Source of the DNA: Cyanophora paradoxa CCMP329
Taxonomy: Eukaryota > Plantae > Glaucophyta
NCBI GenBank assembly: GCA_004431415.1
Contig: QPMI01000143.1
Location: 1-64,000 of the forward strand
Length of the DNA stretch: 64,000 nt
Reading direction: 5' to 3'
The stretch's first letter is position 1. Each line of letters opens with the position of its first letter. The position numbers and the translations under genes were made by a program. The notes below the pieces were generated by a model that was given only the letters and a program-made list of their open reading frames with translations, was not told the DNA's origin and did no database searches. Below, one piece after another: positions 12,001 through 23,294 of this stretch.

Positions 12001-13340
12001 CGCCCTTTCCTCTCCTTCTCCTTCGAGCCGCCGCGCCGCAGCCGAGCCCCGAGCCGCTCTTCCGCACGCGGGCGCACCGCGGCAAGGCACTCTGCCTAGC
12101 CCTCGCCGAGGTGTACCCCTCTCGCCCCCCGCCCCGCCCCCCCTCCCTCCCGCTGCTGCGGCCCTGAGCTCTCTCTTCATCTCTCAGACCGGAGTCCTCT
12201 TCTCTGGGGGCGGGGATTCGGCCGTCCGCGCCCTGTGCGAGCCTCCCGTTCGCGTTTGCCCGGGTACCCCGTTGCTGACCGGGGCGCGTCGGTACCCCCG
12301 CAGCTCCGCGGAGACGGGTCGCCTCGCGGAGGGGTACGCGCAGATCACGTCGGGGCTCCAGGGCGCCGTCTCCGCCGTCGCCGCCGCGGCGGTACCCCTC
12401 CCAGCCGCCCTCCCCCTCCGGGTTTGCGAGGGGCGCGGGGCCGGCAGGACGGCGCGCACCTGGCGGCAGTCGACGAGCACTCTGTCGCCCTCTTCGACAC
12501 CCGCTCGGGTCTGACCTACCCCCCCCCCTCCCTTCCCCTCCCCCCTTCCCCCTCCTTCTTCCCCCCCCTCCCTCCCCCCCCCCCCCCCCCCCCCCTTCTT
12601 CCTTATGCGCCCGCAGGCGCCCTCGTCGCGCGGTGGCCGGACCCGCCCGGCGTGCGCACCCGCTCCGTGGCGCTTCACAGGGTACCCTTCCGGCTCCCCT
12701 CCCCCCCCCCCCCCCCCCGCGCCCTGGACCCTCCGCCCGCCCGACGCCCGCTCAGGAGGGCGCGCGGTGCCTGGTGGTCTGCGGCCGCTCCGACGGCACT
12801 GTGAGCCGTACCCCCCAGCAGCTGCTCCCCCCCCTCCCCTTTTCGAGCCCTACGCCCAGGTCGGCTTCTTCAGCCCGAGGCGGCGTGACGTAATCCTCTC
12901 GGAGGCGCACGTGGGGCCCGTCCTCTGCCTCGCCCTCTCCCACGTACCCCCATCGCCCGTCCTGCTGTACCCCCGCCCGCCCCTCACGAGGCCGCGCAGG
13001 ACGGCCGTTTCTTCGTCAGTGGCGGCCAGGACGACACGATGCGAGGGACGACTGTACCCCCCCACATTCTCCGGGTGCGCCTGTCCTGCCTCATTCTCCT
13101 ACCCCTCTTCATCTGAGAGCGTTCCGCAGCTGCCTTCAGAGCTCTCGGCCGCAAGGCCCGGACCCGCCACCGAGCCGGTCTGCTGCGCCCCGCTCTCAGC
13201 TCGTCCCCCCCAACTCACCCCTTTCGGCGCAGTCGACCGGTTCGGGTTCGGGTACCCGGCGGCGAGGCCGCGGCGAGGAGGACGAGGGGGAGGGCGGGGG
13301 CGAGGCGAGCGGGGGGCAGCGCAAGCGGCAGCGCGCGTAG
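1..13340 (+). CDS. Large multi-exon E3 ubiquitin ligase-like protein: RING, SPRY/NHR-like beta regions, ~15 MIB/HERC2 repeats, two Cys-rich modules, acidic linker, WD40 repeats (5' end lies upstream of the window)
   Basis: Splicing exons 77-91 and 145-230 gives (C)GHNFCKECLEQWLEDESTCPICR, the second half of a C3HC4 RING. A repeated motif VGRTVVRGPDWRYGDQDGG..GRV..GWVEVQW..G.R.SYRWGA..YDL (MIB/HERC2) occurs at ~1255, 1654, 2010, 2365, 2960, 6075, 6550, 7000, 7410, 7890, 8415, 8810, 9190, 9578 and 10448. WD40 motifs include ATGGHDNA/VRLWS, ASASADGTVCGW, FSGGGDSAVRA and FVSGGQDDT at 11600-13050. A plausible stop TAG lies at 13338-13340. Exact exon ends are uncertain in the C-homopolymer tracts. 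Confidence 0.8.
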
Positions 13341-13972
13341 GTCGCATGCGGCCAGCTTGCACCATATACGAAAAGCATGGTATCAATATCATGCATATAT
13401 ATATAAAATATCATATTGCGCATGCAATGACCGCCGAGTCGGCTAGGCAAATTGAGTCCGGATCCCGACGATATGCTCATCATGCATGATGTGCGTGCTC
13501 GCAATCGAAGGCGCGCGTCTAATCGCATCCGATGATTTACGAAAGATGTCAGCACTCTTTAAGATTCTTGAAAGACACACTGTGGCAGGGTACAGTACAC
13601 GTTGGGCTTAATGTGAAACGGGTTCTATCAAAACTGAAGACACGGGAACGATGCGTGTCGAACGGACGAGCTCCCGGACACTCCGGGAGCTCGAGTACAT
13701 ACGCATAGATGCCCCTAACGAGTTACATGGGGGGACCTATAGCTACTCTCTCGAAGGCGGCTGCGAAACCCCGGAGGGGACTCTAATAAGGACAGTTTGG
13801 GTGCCTACTCGGATGAGGGCGGCGAGGAGAATCGCCGGCACGAATAATAATAACCTCAACGACGCTCCGGCTAGGAGGTAGCTGGGCCTAGCCTAGCCTA
13901 TCCTGGACTCCGGAGGGGCTACTGCGAGAACGCGCGGGGCCGCCGAGCGCGGCTCGGGACGGCTCAGAGGGC

Positions 13973-14965
13973 TCAGAGGGCGACGGCGGAGATGGCGCCG
14001 CGCTCCGGAAGCATGATGGCGCGGCCGGGCTGGAACGAGGCGGGGGTCAGGCCCGGGTTCGCCGCCAGGATGCGAGAGGCCATCGCCGGGTCCCCGTAGA
14101 ACCGGATCGCGACGGATCTGAGGGGGGAGGGGGGTACACGTCAGGCGGGGGGTACGGGGCGGGGAGGGGAAGGGTACGGGGTGCGCACGCGAGGGTCTCG
14201 CCCTCCTCGAGCTCGTGGGCGGGGGTACGCTGGTGGGGACGCGGGCCACGACGGGGGGGGGGGGGGCCGGGGCGGCGAGGGCGGGGATGCCCCAGGGCTG
14301 GGCGGGGGCCGCCTGCGGGCCGAGGGCGCCCTGGGGCATCGCCTGGGCCGGCTTGCCCCCGAGGCGGTTGAGGAGCGCGTTGATGATGCGGGGCTTGCCC
14401 TTCGGCTCCTCCGCGACCCGCGGGGGCGGCGCTGGCCGCGCCACGGCGCTCGGGCTCTCCGGCGCCGGCGCCAGGGTCGGGAGGGGCGCCTCGGAGCCCT
14501 CGGCGGCGACCGGGGCCGCGGCGGCGGCGTTGGCCGCCGAGCCGGCGACGACGGGCGCGGGCGCGGCGGCGGCGGCGCCGTCGGCGGAGTGGGCGGCGGC
14601 AGCGCCGTCCTCGTCCTCCAGGGGCTGCTCGACCTGGACGTCGACGGGGTCCTTCCTGAGGGCGCTCACGCCGCGCATGAAGAGCGCCCGCGCCATCGCG
14701 AAGATAACGGCCGCCGAGATGAAGGTAGTCACGACGGGCCCAGGCCGGCCCACAGCGCCCGCAGCGCCGCGCCGCCCCGCCGCAGCGCCGACGCCACGAG
14801 CGACGCGAGCTGCCGCGCCGCCTCCGCGAGGGGCGACGGGGCGGCGCCGTGCGAGGCCGCCCCGCGGGCCCGCGGCCGGGGCGGGCCGCCCGCGCGAGGC
14901 GTGCGGGGCGTCGCCGAGGGAGGAGGAGACGGAGGACATGCCGGCGCGGACCGCGCTGCGCGCCC

Positions 14966-15002
<37 letters not shown>

Positions 15003-18000
15003 CGCTGCGGCCGACGCCGCGGCGGTTGTCTGCTGGGCGGCCGACGCCGCCGCGTCCATCACGGCACGCGAAGGGGAGGTGGAGCGCCGGCGGCGCGGCT
15101 GCGCCCGCGGGGCCGGCGGGGGAGGCCGGCGCTGCGGCGGCGGGGCGGCGGGGCGGGCGGCGAGCCTGCGGCGCCGGCATGGGGCGAGGCGGGGAGCGGG
15201 CGGGGCGGGGCGGAGGAGGCGGGCATCGGCGGGCGGGAAGGCTGGCGGGCGCCGGGGAAGGGAGGGCTCGGGAGCGGGGCGCCGGGGCGGGCGGGCGCGC
15301 TGGGTGGGAGCCGCGCGGGCGGCGGGCCGGGCGGCCCCGCGGGCGCTCTGCATCTCGGACGGGGCGCGCATCGGCGGCGCGCTCTCCTCCTTGCGCTTCT
15401 GCGGGGGCCGGGCGTCGGACGCGGCGAGGCCGGCGCGGCCGGCGCGCGCGGGGGGTACCGCACCATGTTGAACTGGAAGAACTTGACGTCAGACCAGGAG
15501 CCGGCGGGGCGGGCAGGCGCCTCCTCGCCAGGCATCCAGTCCTGCGGCGCGCGCGTCGGCGGGGCGGCCCGGAACGAAAGCTGAAGCGGGCGGGCGGGGC
15601 GCACGATCAGGAGGGTGTCGCGGGTGACATGGGGCTTGCGGTCGGGCCGGCGGGCGTCCGGGCGCCGGCGCTCCTCCGTCTGAGCCAGGACCTGGCGCCC
15701 GCGATCAGAGGCCGGCCAGACGGGGGAGTCAAGGCGGGAGGGGTACCTCGTCGAGGCTCTCGGGGATCGGAGAGGGCGTGCGCTCGCCGTCGGCCGACAC
15801 GGGCGCGGCGGCGGCGGGCGGCGCGGCCTCCTCGGCGCGGCCCTCGGCGCGGGCGCGGAGGGCGGCTTTTTGGGCACGCATCGCCTCGGCGCATCGCTCC
15901 GCGGCCTGCCGGAGGCGGTCAGAGAGGGGCGCGGGGGCGGCCAAGAAGGGACCGGGCAGGCGGAGCGGACCTGGCGGGCGGGGGCGCAGGCCTGGAAAGC
16001 CGACGCGAGGGACTCGGCGGCTGCGAGGGCGCCGTCGGCGGCCGCTGCCGCCTCACGATTCCGCGCCAGAGTCGTCGGCACGGGCGCCGGGCGCTGCTCG
16101 CGCCCCGACGCCTCCGCCGCAGACTCCACCATGATCTGCGGGCGGGCGCGCGTGAGCCCATCTACTGACCGGAGCAGGAGACGCGGAGGGCTCACCGCGG
16201 CGCTGTCGGCGGCGCGGGAGGCGAGGTCGGCGTCGTGCGCGAAGGAGCGCGTCGCGTTGGCGTGCTCCGACTTGTCCGCCGCCTCCGCCGCCTCGAGGGC
16301 CCGCTCCAGGCCGGCCCCGAGGCCCACCGGCGTGCCCCGCCCGAAGCGCGGGCCGCCCCGCCACATCCGCACGCGCTGCAGCTCCGCGCGCAGCTCGTCC
16401 GCCACGGCCGCGGCCGCGCGGTCCACGCCCGTCGCGTTTGCGAAGATCATCCTGCGGGGCCGGGGCGCGTGAGGCGAGGGCGGGGCGAGCGGCGCGGCGG
16501 AAGGGCGGACCCGTCGGCGCGGCGGAGGGCCTCCGCGGCGCGCTCGGCGGCCGAAGCGGCGCCCTCGACGGAGCCGAGGACCTCCATCATGCGGCGCCGG
16601 GCGCGGTTGAGGTTGCCGCGGCGGTCCTCGACTCCGGCGCAGACCTGGCGCGCCTCCTCCACGTCGCGGTCCCGCGCCTCCTCGACGGCCTTGCGCGCCC
16701 GCCCCGCCTCCTCGCGCGCCGCCTCCAGCTTGCCCGCCGCCGCGCGCAGGCCGTTCAAGGCCTCGGCCGCGCCGCGGGCCTCCGAGGGCCACCCGCCGCT
16801 GGCGCCGCCGGCGAACTCCGCGTCGGCGGAGAGGTCACGCAGCTCGACCAGGGCGCGCTCCAGCGTCGCCGCGGCCCGCCCGGCGCGCGCGTCCGCCTCC
16901 CGCACGCGGGCCGCCGCGACCTCGGCGCGGGCCTGGCCCTCGAGCCAGCCGGCACGTCGCCGCCCAGCGCCGAGCAGCTGAGCGAGAAGCGCAGCGCCGC
17001 CTCCTCGGCGGTGCGGCGGCTCCCCTGCGACGCCTCGAACGTGTCTAAGACGCGCCGGGCGACCGCCACGAGCGCCATCGCCTCGTTGCCCCCGGCCAGC
17101 AGCTGCCCCGCCGCGTCAGGCGGGCGGCGGGCGGCGGGCGGCGGAGCGGCCGGCGCACCCGCTGCGCCTGCTTCGCGTAGAACGACTCGAGCCGGCCGAA
17201 GAGCGCCTGTCGGCGGCCCGGATCAAATTCGCGCCCGGGCTCGGCCGGCGCGCGGGCGCGCAGCGGACCTGCAGTATGGCGAGCTGCTCCTGGGCATCCT
17301 CGCGCTCGGACGCGTCCTCTATCTTGACGACGAACTTGCGGACCTCCTGCAGCTCGGCCTGCGGGAAGCGGCTGCTCAGCGGACCGCGGCGCTCTCGAGC
17401 GAGGCGCGCGAGGCGTCGGCCACGCACCGCAAGGCGGGCGCAGGCGCCCTCCCAGCCCTTCAGGCGGGCGTCGAAGTCCTCGAGACGACGCCGCCGGAAG
17501 CGCCCCAGGGCTGCGCGCCCCCGTTCGATCCGTGCGCCGCAGATCAAATCTCACGTAGCTAACGGAAACGGGTCGCACCGGCGCGGACGCGCTCCGAGGC
17601 GTCGTCAAACTCGGTCAGTGGTGCGGCGATGCGGGCCGCCTCGTTCTCGGCCCGCGCAAACGAGTCCGAGAGCAACCGGCGGGAACGTGCGCGGCTCTCC
17701 GCCGCCTCCAGCGCGGCCGTGAGCTGCGCGCATGTCAGCGCCGGCGAATCCAAGCGCACAGCGGACGGATCCGCACGCACCTCCGCCGTCCGCGCGCGTT
17801 CCGTGCGCAAGCGCTCCACGAGAGCCTCCGCCTCGCGCTCGAGGCCGTCGGGAACCTGCCGCGCAGATGTCAGCGACGGTCGGTGGGACAACGCGCTGCG
17901 TACACGCTGACCTGCTCGTCTTCGATGCGCGACCGCGAGAGGCCCTTGGCCACTCGGCTGAGCAGCGAGGCGAAGCGGTCAGGAAGGCCGAAGTCGCCAT

Positions 18001-18874
18001 CCGAGGAGGTCGGCTCGCTGCCGGCGGGCCGGACGCCGGGGCTTTGAGCCGTCGCAACCGCGCGGATCTTGCGCTCCAGCGCCGCGTTCTCGCGCTCCGC
18101 CTCCGACACGGCCTCTGCCGTGTCGCGGAAGAGGTCGAACGCTTCGCGAAGGCGCTCCATCTGCTGCTCGCGCTCCGCGCTGACGCGTTTGACGCCTTCC
18201 AGAGCGCGTTGGAGCTTCTGGCGGTGCTCCGAGTCGGCACGTGTCGCCTGGACGTCAATCACCTCGCTGTTCTTGGAGTAACCGGAAGATGGCAGCGCCC
18301 GCGCTCTGCGCATCGATTTTGCGGTCAATGAGCGCGCAAAGAGATCATCTGCGAAGAGAATACGCACTCGTCGGCGCGGTTGGGTGCGTCGCCGTCGCCG
18401 CGATCGAGCGGGAAAACCGACTTGCTGCGCCGGCGCGTCTTAGCAGGTTGAGAGCTTCGATTCAACGAATCAAAGCACTTACACGACGCGTTGGAACCAC
18501 GGCCCGTCGTCGTACTGCGGTTGATTGGTGAGGCGGGCGACGCGCCGCTCCAAAGCGACACAGAACCTCACCGCCTCATCTCCGTCTCTTTGATCTGATG
18601 GAGTGATGCCAAGAGCGCATACCGGCATAGATACGCCGCCTCTGCCGGGTCCAGCAGGTGCGATACGCGCGTTGGCGCCAACCACGCCGAATTCAAACTC
18701 ACGCTGCTCGAAGCCCGAAATGCCGACAAAAAACGATCGGACTACTCTGGTAGACAGCCGCTGAGTGCGCTGCGCCGGTCTCCGAGCGACCGCTGTGGCA
18801 GGGGAGACGAATCCCGGTGCGGACCGCACGCCGCCAAAGGCGGCGGCGCACACGAAGCCGCCGCCGCTCTCCAT
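13973..18874 (-). CDS. Putative plastid-targeted long coiled-coil protein with one TM helix and a C-terminal LysM domain (multi-exon)
   Basis: ATG at 18874 gives MESGGGFVCAAAFGGVRSAPGFVSPATAVARRPAQRTQRLSTRVVRSFFVG, which is transit-peptide-like. A/E/R/L-rich heptad exons span 18360-15750. A hydrophobic segment VVTTFISAAVIFAMARALFM lies at ~14675-14735. Removing the GT-AG intron 14118-14188 gives HELEEGETLASVAIRFYGDPAMASRILAANPGLTPASFQPGRAIMLP, with stop TGA at 13973-13975. Two frame slips (~16950 and the G14 run at ~14253-14266) are needed to join all parts. Confidence 0.65.
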
Positions 18875-19101
18875 GCTGGTACTTGCTTTCTCTCGCCGGT
18901 CGGGGGCGTCTGGGGGCGCTGTGGGCCCTGTGTGCGTTGCACGGTAAGCGCGGGAGGCGACAGCAGTCAAATTTTAGGGGGGTACACTGCCTCCGAGGAC
19001 TAGCGAAGACTCGCAGTTGGACGGTTCCAAGGGGGCCGAGTCACCGCGCCGTAACGCCCGGCCCGTGGCCTGCACGGGCGCGGCCCGTCACCCGTGGCCA
19101 C

Positions 19102-19353
19102 TCGCAAACAGTACATTCGCGTGTAGCGCTAGCTCAGTGCGCTCAGCGGCTGCGCCGTGCGAGCACAAGCAAGCACTAGCGCATCGCGACCGGCATTCTC
19201 GCACGGCGCGTGCTCGCGTTCGAATTCGCAAACAGTACATTCGCGTGTAGCGCTAGCTCAGTGCGCTCAGCGGCTGCGCCGTGCGAGCACAAGCAAGCAC
19301 TAGCGCATCGCGACCGGCATTCTCGCACGGCGCGTGCTCGCGTTCGAATTCGC
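19102..19353. repeat. Tandem duplication of a 124-bp unit (2 copies)
   Basis: TCGCAAACAGTACATTCGCGTGTAGCGC...GCGTTCGAAT starts at 19102 and again at 19226, and the copies look identical. Confidence 0.9.
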
Positions 19354-19831
19354 GCTGATCGACATCGCCACGTCGATTGCGACGTCGACGCCGTGCGACG
19401 TCGCATCACACAGTTCTCGAATTTGATCGCTCGCACGCAGCCGCCTTCAATTCGAATTGCAATTGCGTAAAATCTCGCGACAGCTGCCAGTGTAGCGCTT
19501 GCCTGGCAGTGGACATCGATCGACGCGAACGCTGCGCGAGCGCGCGTGCGCAACTTTTCAATTTGATTTGGGTCGCCCAGCTTGCAGGTCGACCTGTCTA
19601 TTGACGAAGAGAGGTCGGCCGCGGGTCTTACGCATCTGCAGCTGCGCTAGCACTGCGCGTGCTATACGGTGATGCGTCTAACACGTCCGGCGGGCGCTCG
19701 ATGAACACTATATGTACACACAAGCATACACGTACTTGTACTTCTTCGTCAAGTTTACAATCGCGCGCGGCGGCCGGGCGCGGCGCGCCGGCGGCTCGAG
19801 CTTGCCCGGGGTTAACGTTCGAAGGTGAACG

Positions 19832-21712
19832 TTAGTACCAGTGGGAGTACGTGGTCGTCATATGCACGCGGGCGGCGGGGACCAGCGAGGGTAGCAGCCT
19901 GCCGGGCGCCGGCTCAGCGGGCCCGGGGCCTCCGAGGCGTGCGGGCGGGGCGCGAGGGCGAGGGCGAGCGCGCGTGCCTGCGGTACTTCTCCTCGATGGG
20001 GGACTGCCGCCGCCCGTCCGCGTAGTGCGTCCGGTCCCCGCTCGCGTACCGCTGCGGGCTGACGAAGGTGATGCGCAGCTCGAGGCGGTCTCCCAGGGGC
20101 GCGAGGCGCGCGAGGGCCTCCCAGGCCTCCATGCCCGGGGCCCGGTGCGTCGGCGTCGTCGCCGCCAGGCGGAGGCGGCGGAGGGACGGCGAGCGGGCGG
20201 CCGCCGCCACCGCCTCGAGCGCGCGGGCGACCAGGGGGCCGCTGGGCGCCAGCTCGACGTCCAGCGAGGCCAGGGCGCCCCCGCAGCAGCTGCCGAGGAG
20301 CGCCTCGAAGGCCTCCGCCTCCGCCTCCGCTGCGCGGCGCGGTCGGGACGGGGCGGCGAAGGGCCGAGGGAGGGGGGCCGGACGGGGCGCACCGAGGACG
20401 GGGGGCGCCTGCAGCTCGAGCGAGACGAGGGAACCCGTCCGGCGGAGGGCGCGGAGGGCCCAGGCGAGGGCGCGCGCCCGGGCCGCCGAGCGGGCCTTGG
20501 CGACAACGTCGACGGGCTCCGTCTCGCCGCTCTCGCGGTTGACGCCGCCGCCGCCGCCACCGCCCAGGCGCACGCGAAGGAGCTCGAGACTCTCGAGGCG
20601 CGCCAGCGAGGACACATCCTCCGGCGTCGCCCCGTCCTCGATCTGCGCGGAAGGCGGTGAGGAGGGGGGCGGAAGACCGGGGGGGGGTACGGACCACGAG
20701 GAGGGCGTCCAGGCGGGCGAGGCGGGGGAGCTTGTCCGCGAGGGCGCGGAGGGCGGGTCCCGATGCGCGGAGGGCGGTGCCAGTCCCGAAGCGCCGGTCG
20801 AGCGACGGCTCGTAATCATCTTCCCCGTCTCTCCCGTAGGCGGACGCCAGGACGATCGTCCGCAGGCCCGGCAGGCACCAGAAGTCCTCCAGCTGCAAGG
20901 GGCGCGCTCAGCGAGGCCGGAGGGGGGCGAGGCAGGGGGTACCGCGAAGGGCCGATCGGTGTAGACGCCGAGGCACTCGAGGGGCAGCGCGGAGAGGGCG
21001 GGAAAGGCGGCCGGGGGGAGGGCGAGGGCGGCGCGGCGGAGGCGAGGGCAGCAGGCCGCAATGCACTCCGCGAGGTCGGGGGGTACGTCAATGCGGGGCG
21101 GGAGCTGCAGCGACTCCAGAGCGGAGAAGGGCTCCAGGAGGGGCCGCAGGCGCTCCGGCACCAGGAGGGGTACGAGGTCGTCGAAGCCGCGCCCCTGCTG
21201 CACGGCCGCCGCGAGGCAGAGGCGGGCGAGGCGCGGGGCGGCGGGCCGCAGGGCCTCCAGCGTGTTCAGGACGTGCGGGGGAAGGGCCGCGGGGGGTACC
21301 GCGCACTCGGCGCGGGCCTCCACCAGCTCCCACGTGCGCGCCCCGCCGGGCGGCGCGGCGAGGGCGGCGGCGAGGGCAGGCAGACCCTCCCCGCCGGCCG
21401 CGCAGGAGCCGGCGGCAGCCAGGAGAAGCGCGCCGCGGACGAGGAGGCGGCCCGAGCCGGCGGCCTCTGCGGCGACAGCAACGGCAGCGGGCGAGGAGAC
21501 GCGGACGGGGAAGGGCGCGGCGGGTTCCCATACAATGCCTGCGAAGGCGGCGCGCCAGCCGCGGGAGACGCGCCGGAGGCTCCAGGCCGCCCGCGGGCCG
21601 GCGAGCTGCAGGACACGCGACAGCAGCTCCGGCGGCAGGCGCTCGAATGGGAAGGCCGAGCCCGAAGGAGCGGCGGCGGGGACGGGACCCGGCAGAACCG
21701 AGCTGCTCGCCA

Positions 21713-21747
<35 letters not shown>

Positions 21748-22466
21748 GGAGGTGCTGCGGTCGAGGTGTGGAGCGAAGGCGCCGAGATGCCTGCATGGCG
21801 GATTGTCAGTCCTGCGGTAGCAGGGGCTACGAGGAGAGAGCGCGCACGGGGAAGCTTTGCGGGAGGCTCGAGCTTTCCCCTGCCGGCGCTGGCGCCGGCG
21901 CCCCTGCCCCGGCCGCCGCCCCTTCCGCCGCCCCTGCCGCGTGCGGCTGCGGCTGAAGCGGGCTGCGCAGGTGCGGCTGGAGCTGCTGGCGCAACGACTC
22001 GAGCGAACCAGCAGGGGTCCGCGTCGGGGTGCAACGCAGATCTTCGCGTTGCCGGAGTGCGCGTCTCGCCGTCCGCAGCGCTCCCATCGTCGAGCGATTC
22101 GTTTTTGAACTGCGCGTTCCATTCGTCGATCTGGCGGGAGCGCTCGCGCTCCTCCTCGGCCTTGGCCGCTGCAGCCGCGCGCCGCGCGTCTCCATCGATA
22201 CCGAGAAGACGTTCCAGCAACTTCGCTGCACGCGGAATTGGCATGGAAGGCCTGAGCTCATCGCCTGAGCTCATCGCCGCTTGCTCGGCTCTGCCAGCGC
22301 TGCCGCTGCCGCTCCCGCCGGCAGCGGCATTTCTGCTCCGCGCCCAATACTCTCGCTCTGCATCATGACCAAAGACACCAGAGTAATCTCTCTGAAGAGC
22401 GGGATTGACCCCTGCCGCGGCGCTGGACACGCTGGACGCGCTGCCGCTGGCAGCCGACGCCCTCAT
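19832..22466 (-). CDS. F-box protein with degenerate LRR-like C-terminal region and a polyQ tract
   Basis: F-box motif FPFERLPPELLSRVLQLAGPRAAWSLRRVSRGWRAA, followed by LRR-like segments (LESLQL, CPRLRRAAL, LPRLARLD, LESLELL, LASLDVEL, LRRLRL). There are a few introns near 20650-20910 and 19920-19985, and the 3' end is approximate. Confidence 0.75.
21714..21746 (-). repeat. (CAG)11 microsatellite encoding polyQ in the F-box gene
   Basis: The + strand reads (CTG)11, in frame with Q11 of the F-box ORF. Confidence 0.9.
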
Positions 22467-23294
22467 CACCGCTGGGCTCTGTCACATGGTGTATACGTAC
22501 CCCAGCACAACTCTTCCCCTCGAATTTGAATTTGAATTACCGCCTTGAGCTTCGCGCAATTAATATTCGAACGCGCCGGGCCGGCGCCTAGCTCGGCCCG
22601 GCGGCCTGGCCTATAGACTGCTATAGCTAGGCTGGCGTGGCGATCAGGCCGTGCACGTGGCGCGCGCGCGAGCGCTATATATAGCTCAGCGGCTAGCGGT
22701 CCGATAGCGCTAGCGCGGCCGGCGCCGCGGGGTCAAGTTGAAACGTTCGCCCCGCCGCTCATCATGGCATGATCAGTGCACGTGAGCTCGAGACTCTCTG
22801 AGACCTAGATCGGAATCCGGATCCGGACTCCGGGACTGGAGGCTCGAGGCCCTGAGGGGCCCGGGGCAGGGCCAACCAGCTGCAGGGGCGGGGCGGGTTC
22901 AAAAAGATTGTACTGAAATCACTGCCAGGCTGAATCATGAATATTAACATGTAGAATACTCAGTGACTATTATAGAGAGCGGACATGACTCGGCGACATC
23001 ACGGCATCACTTACTCTCATGATCACTCACTCAAGTGTCTCTCAACAGTCTCAGCGTCTACGATCGAACTAACCATCATGGCATCCACTGAAATCAATAA
23101 ACTACAGCAGCACTGCGGCAAGCGGCATCTGTGTCGCTTACGATGCGATCTATACGTATACTGTAACATAACCTGCACCTGATTCAATTTCATTGCTAGA
23201 ATTCGAAAAACTTGAAAGGAATCGGCCATGGATCCGGAGGCCGAGGACCTACAGCTACTGCAAAAACGGGCCGTTGAGGCCCTCCGATCTACGA

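Noticed and set aside
12520-12720. Long C homopolymers as functional G-quadruplex elements
   Set aside because: They are intronic low-complexity tracts typical of this genome and prone to sequencing error, with no specific evidence of function.
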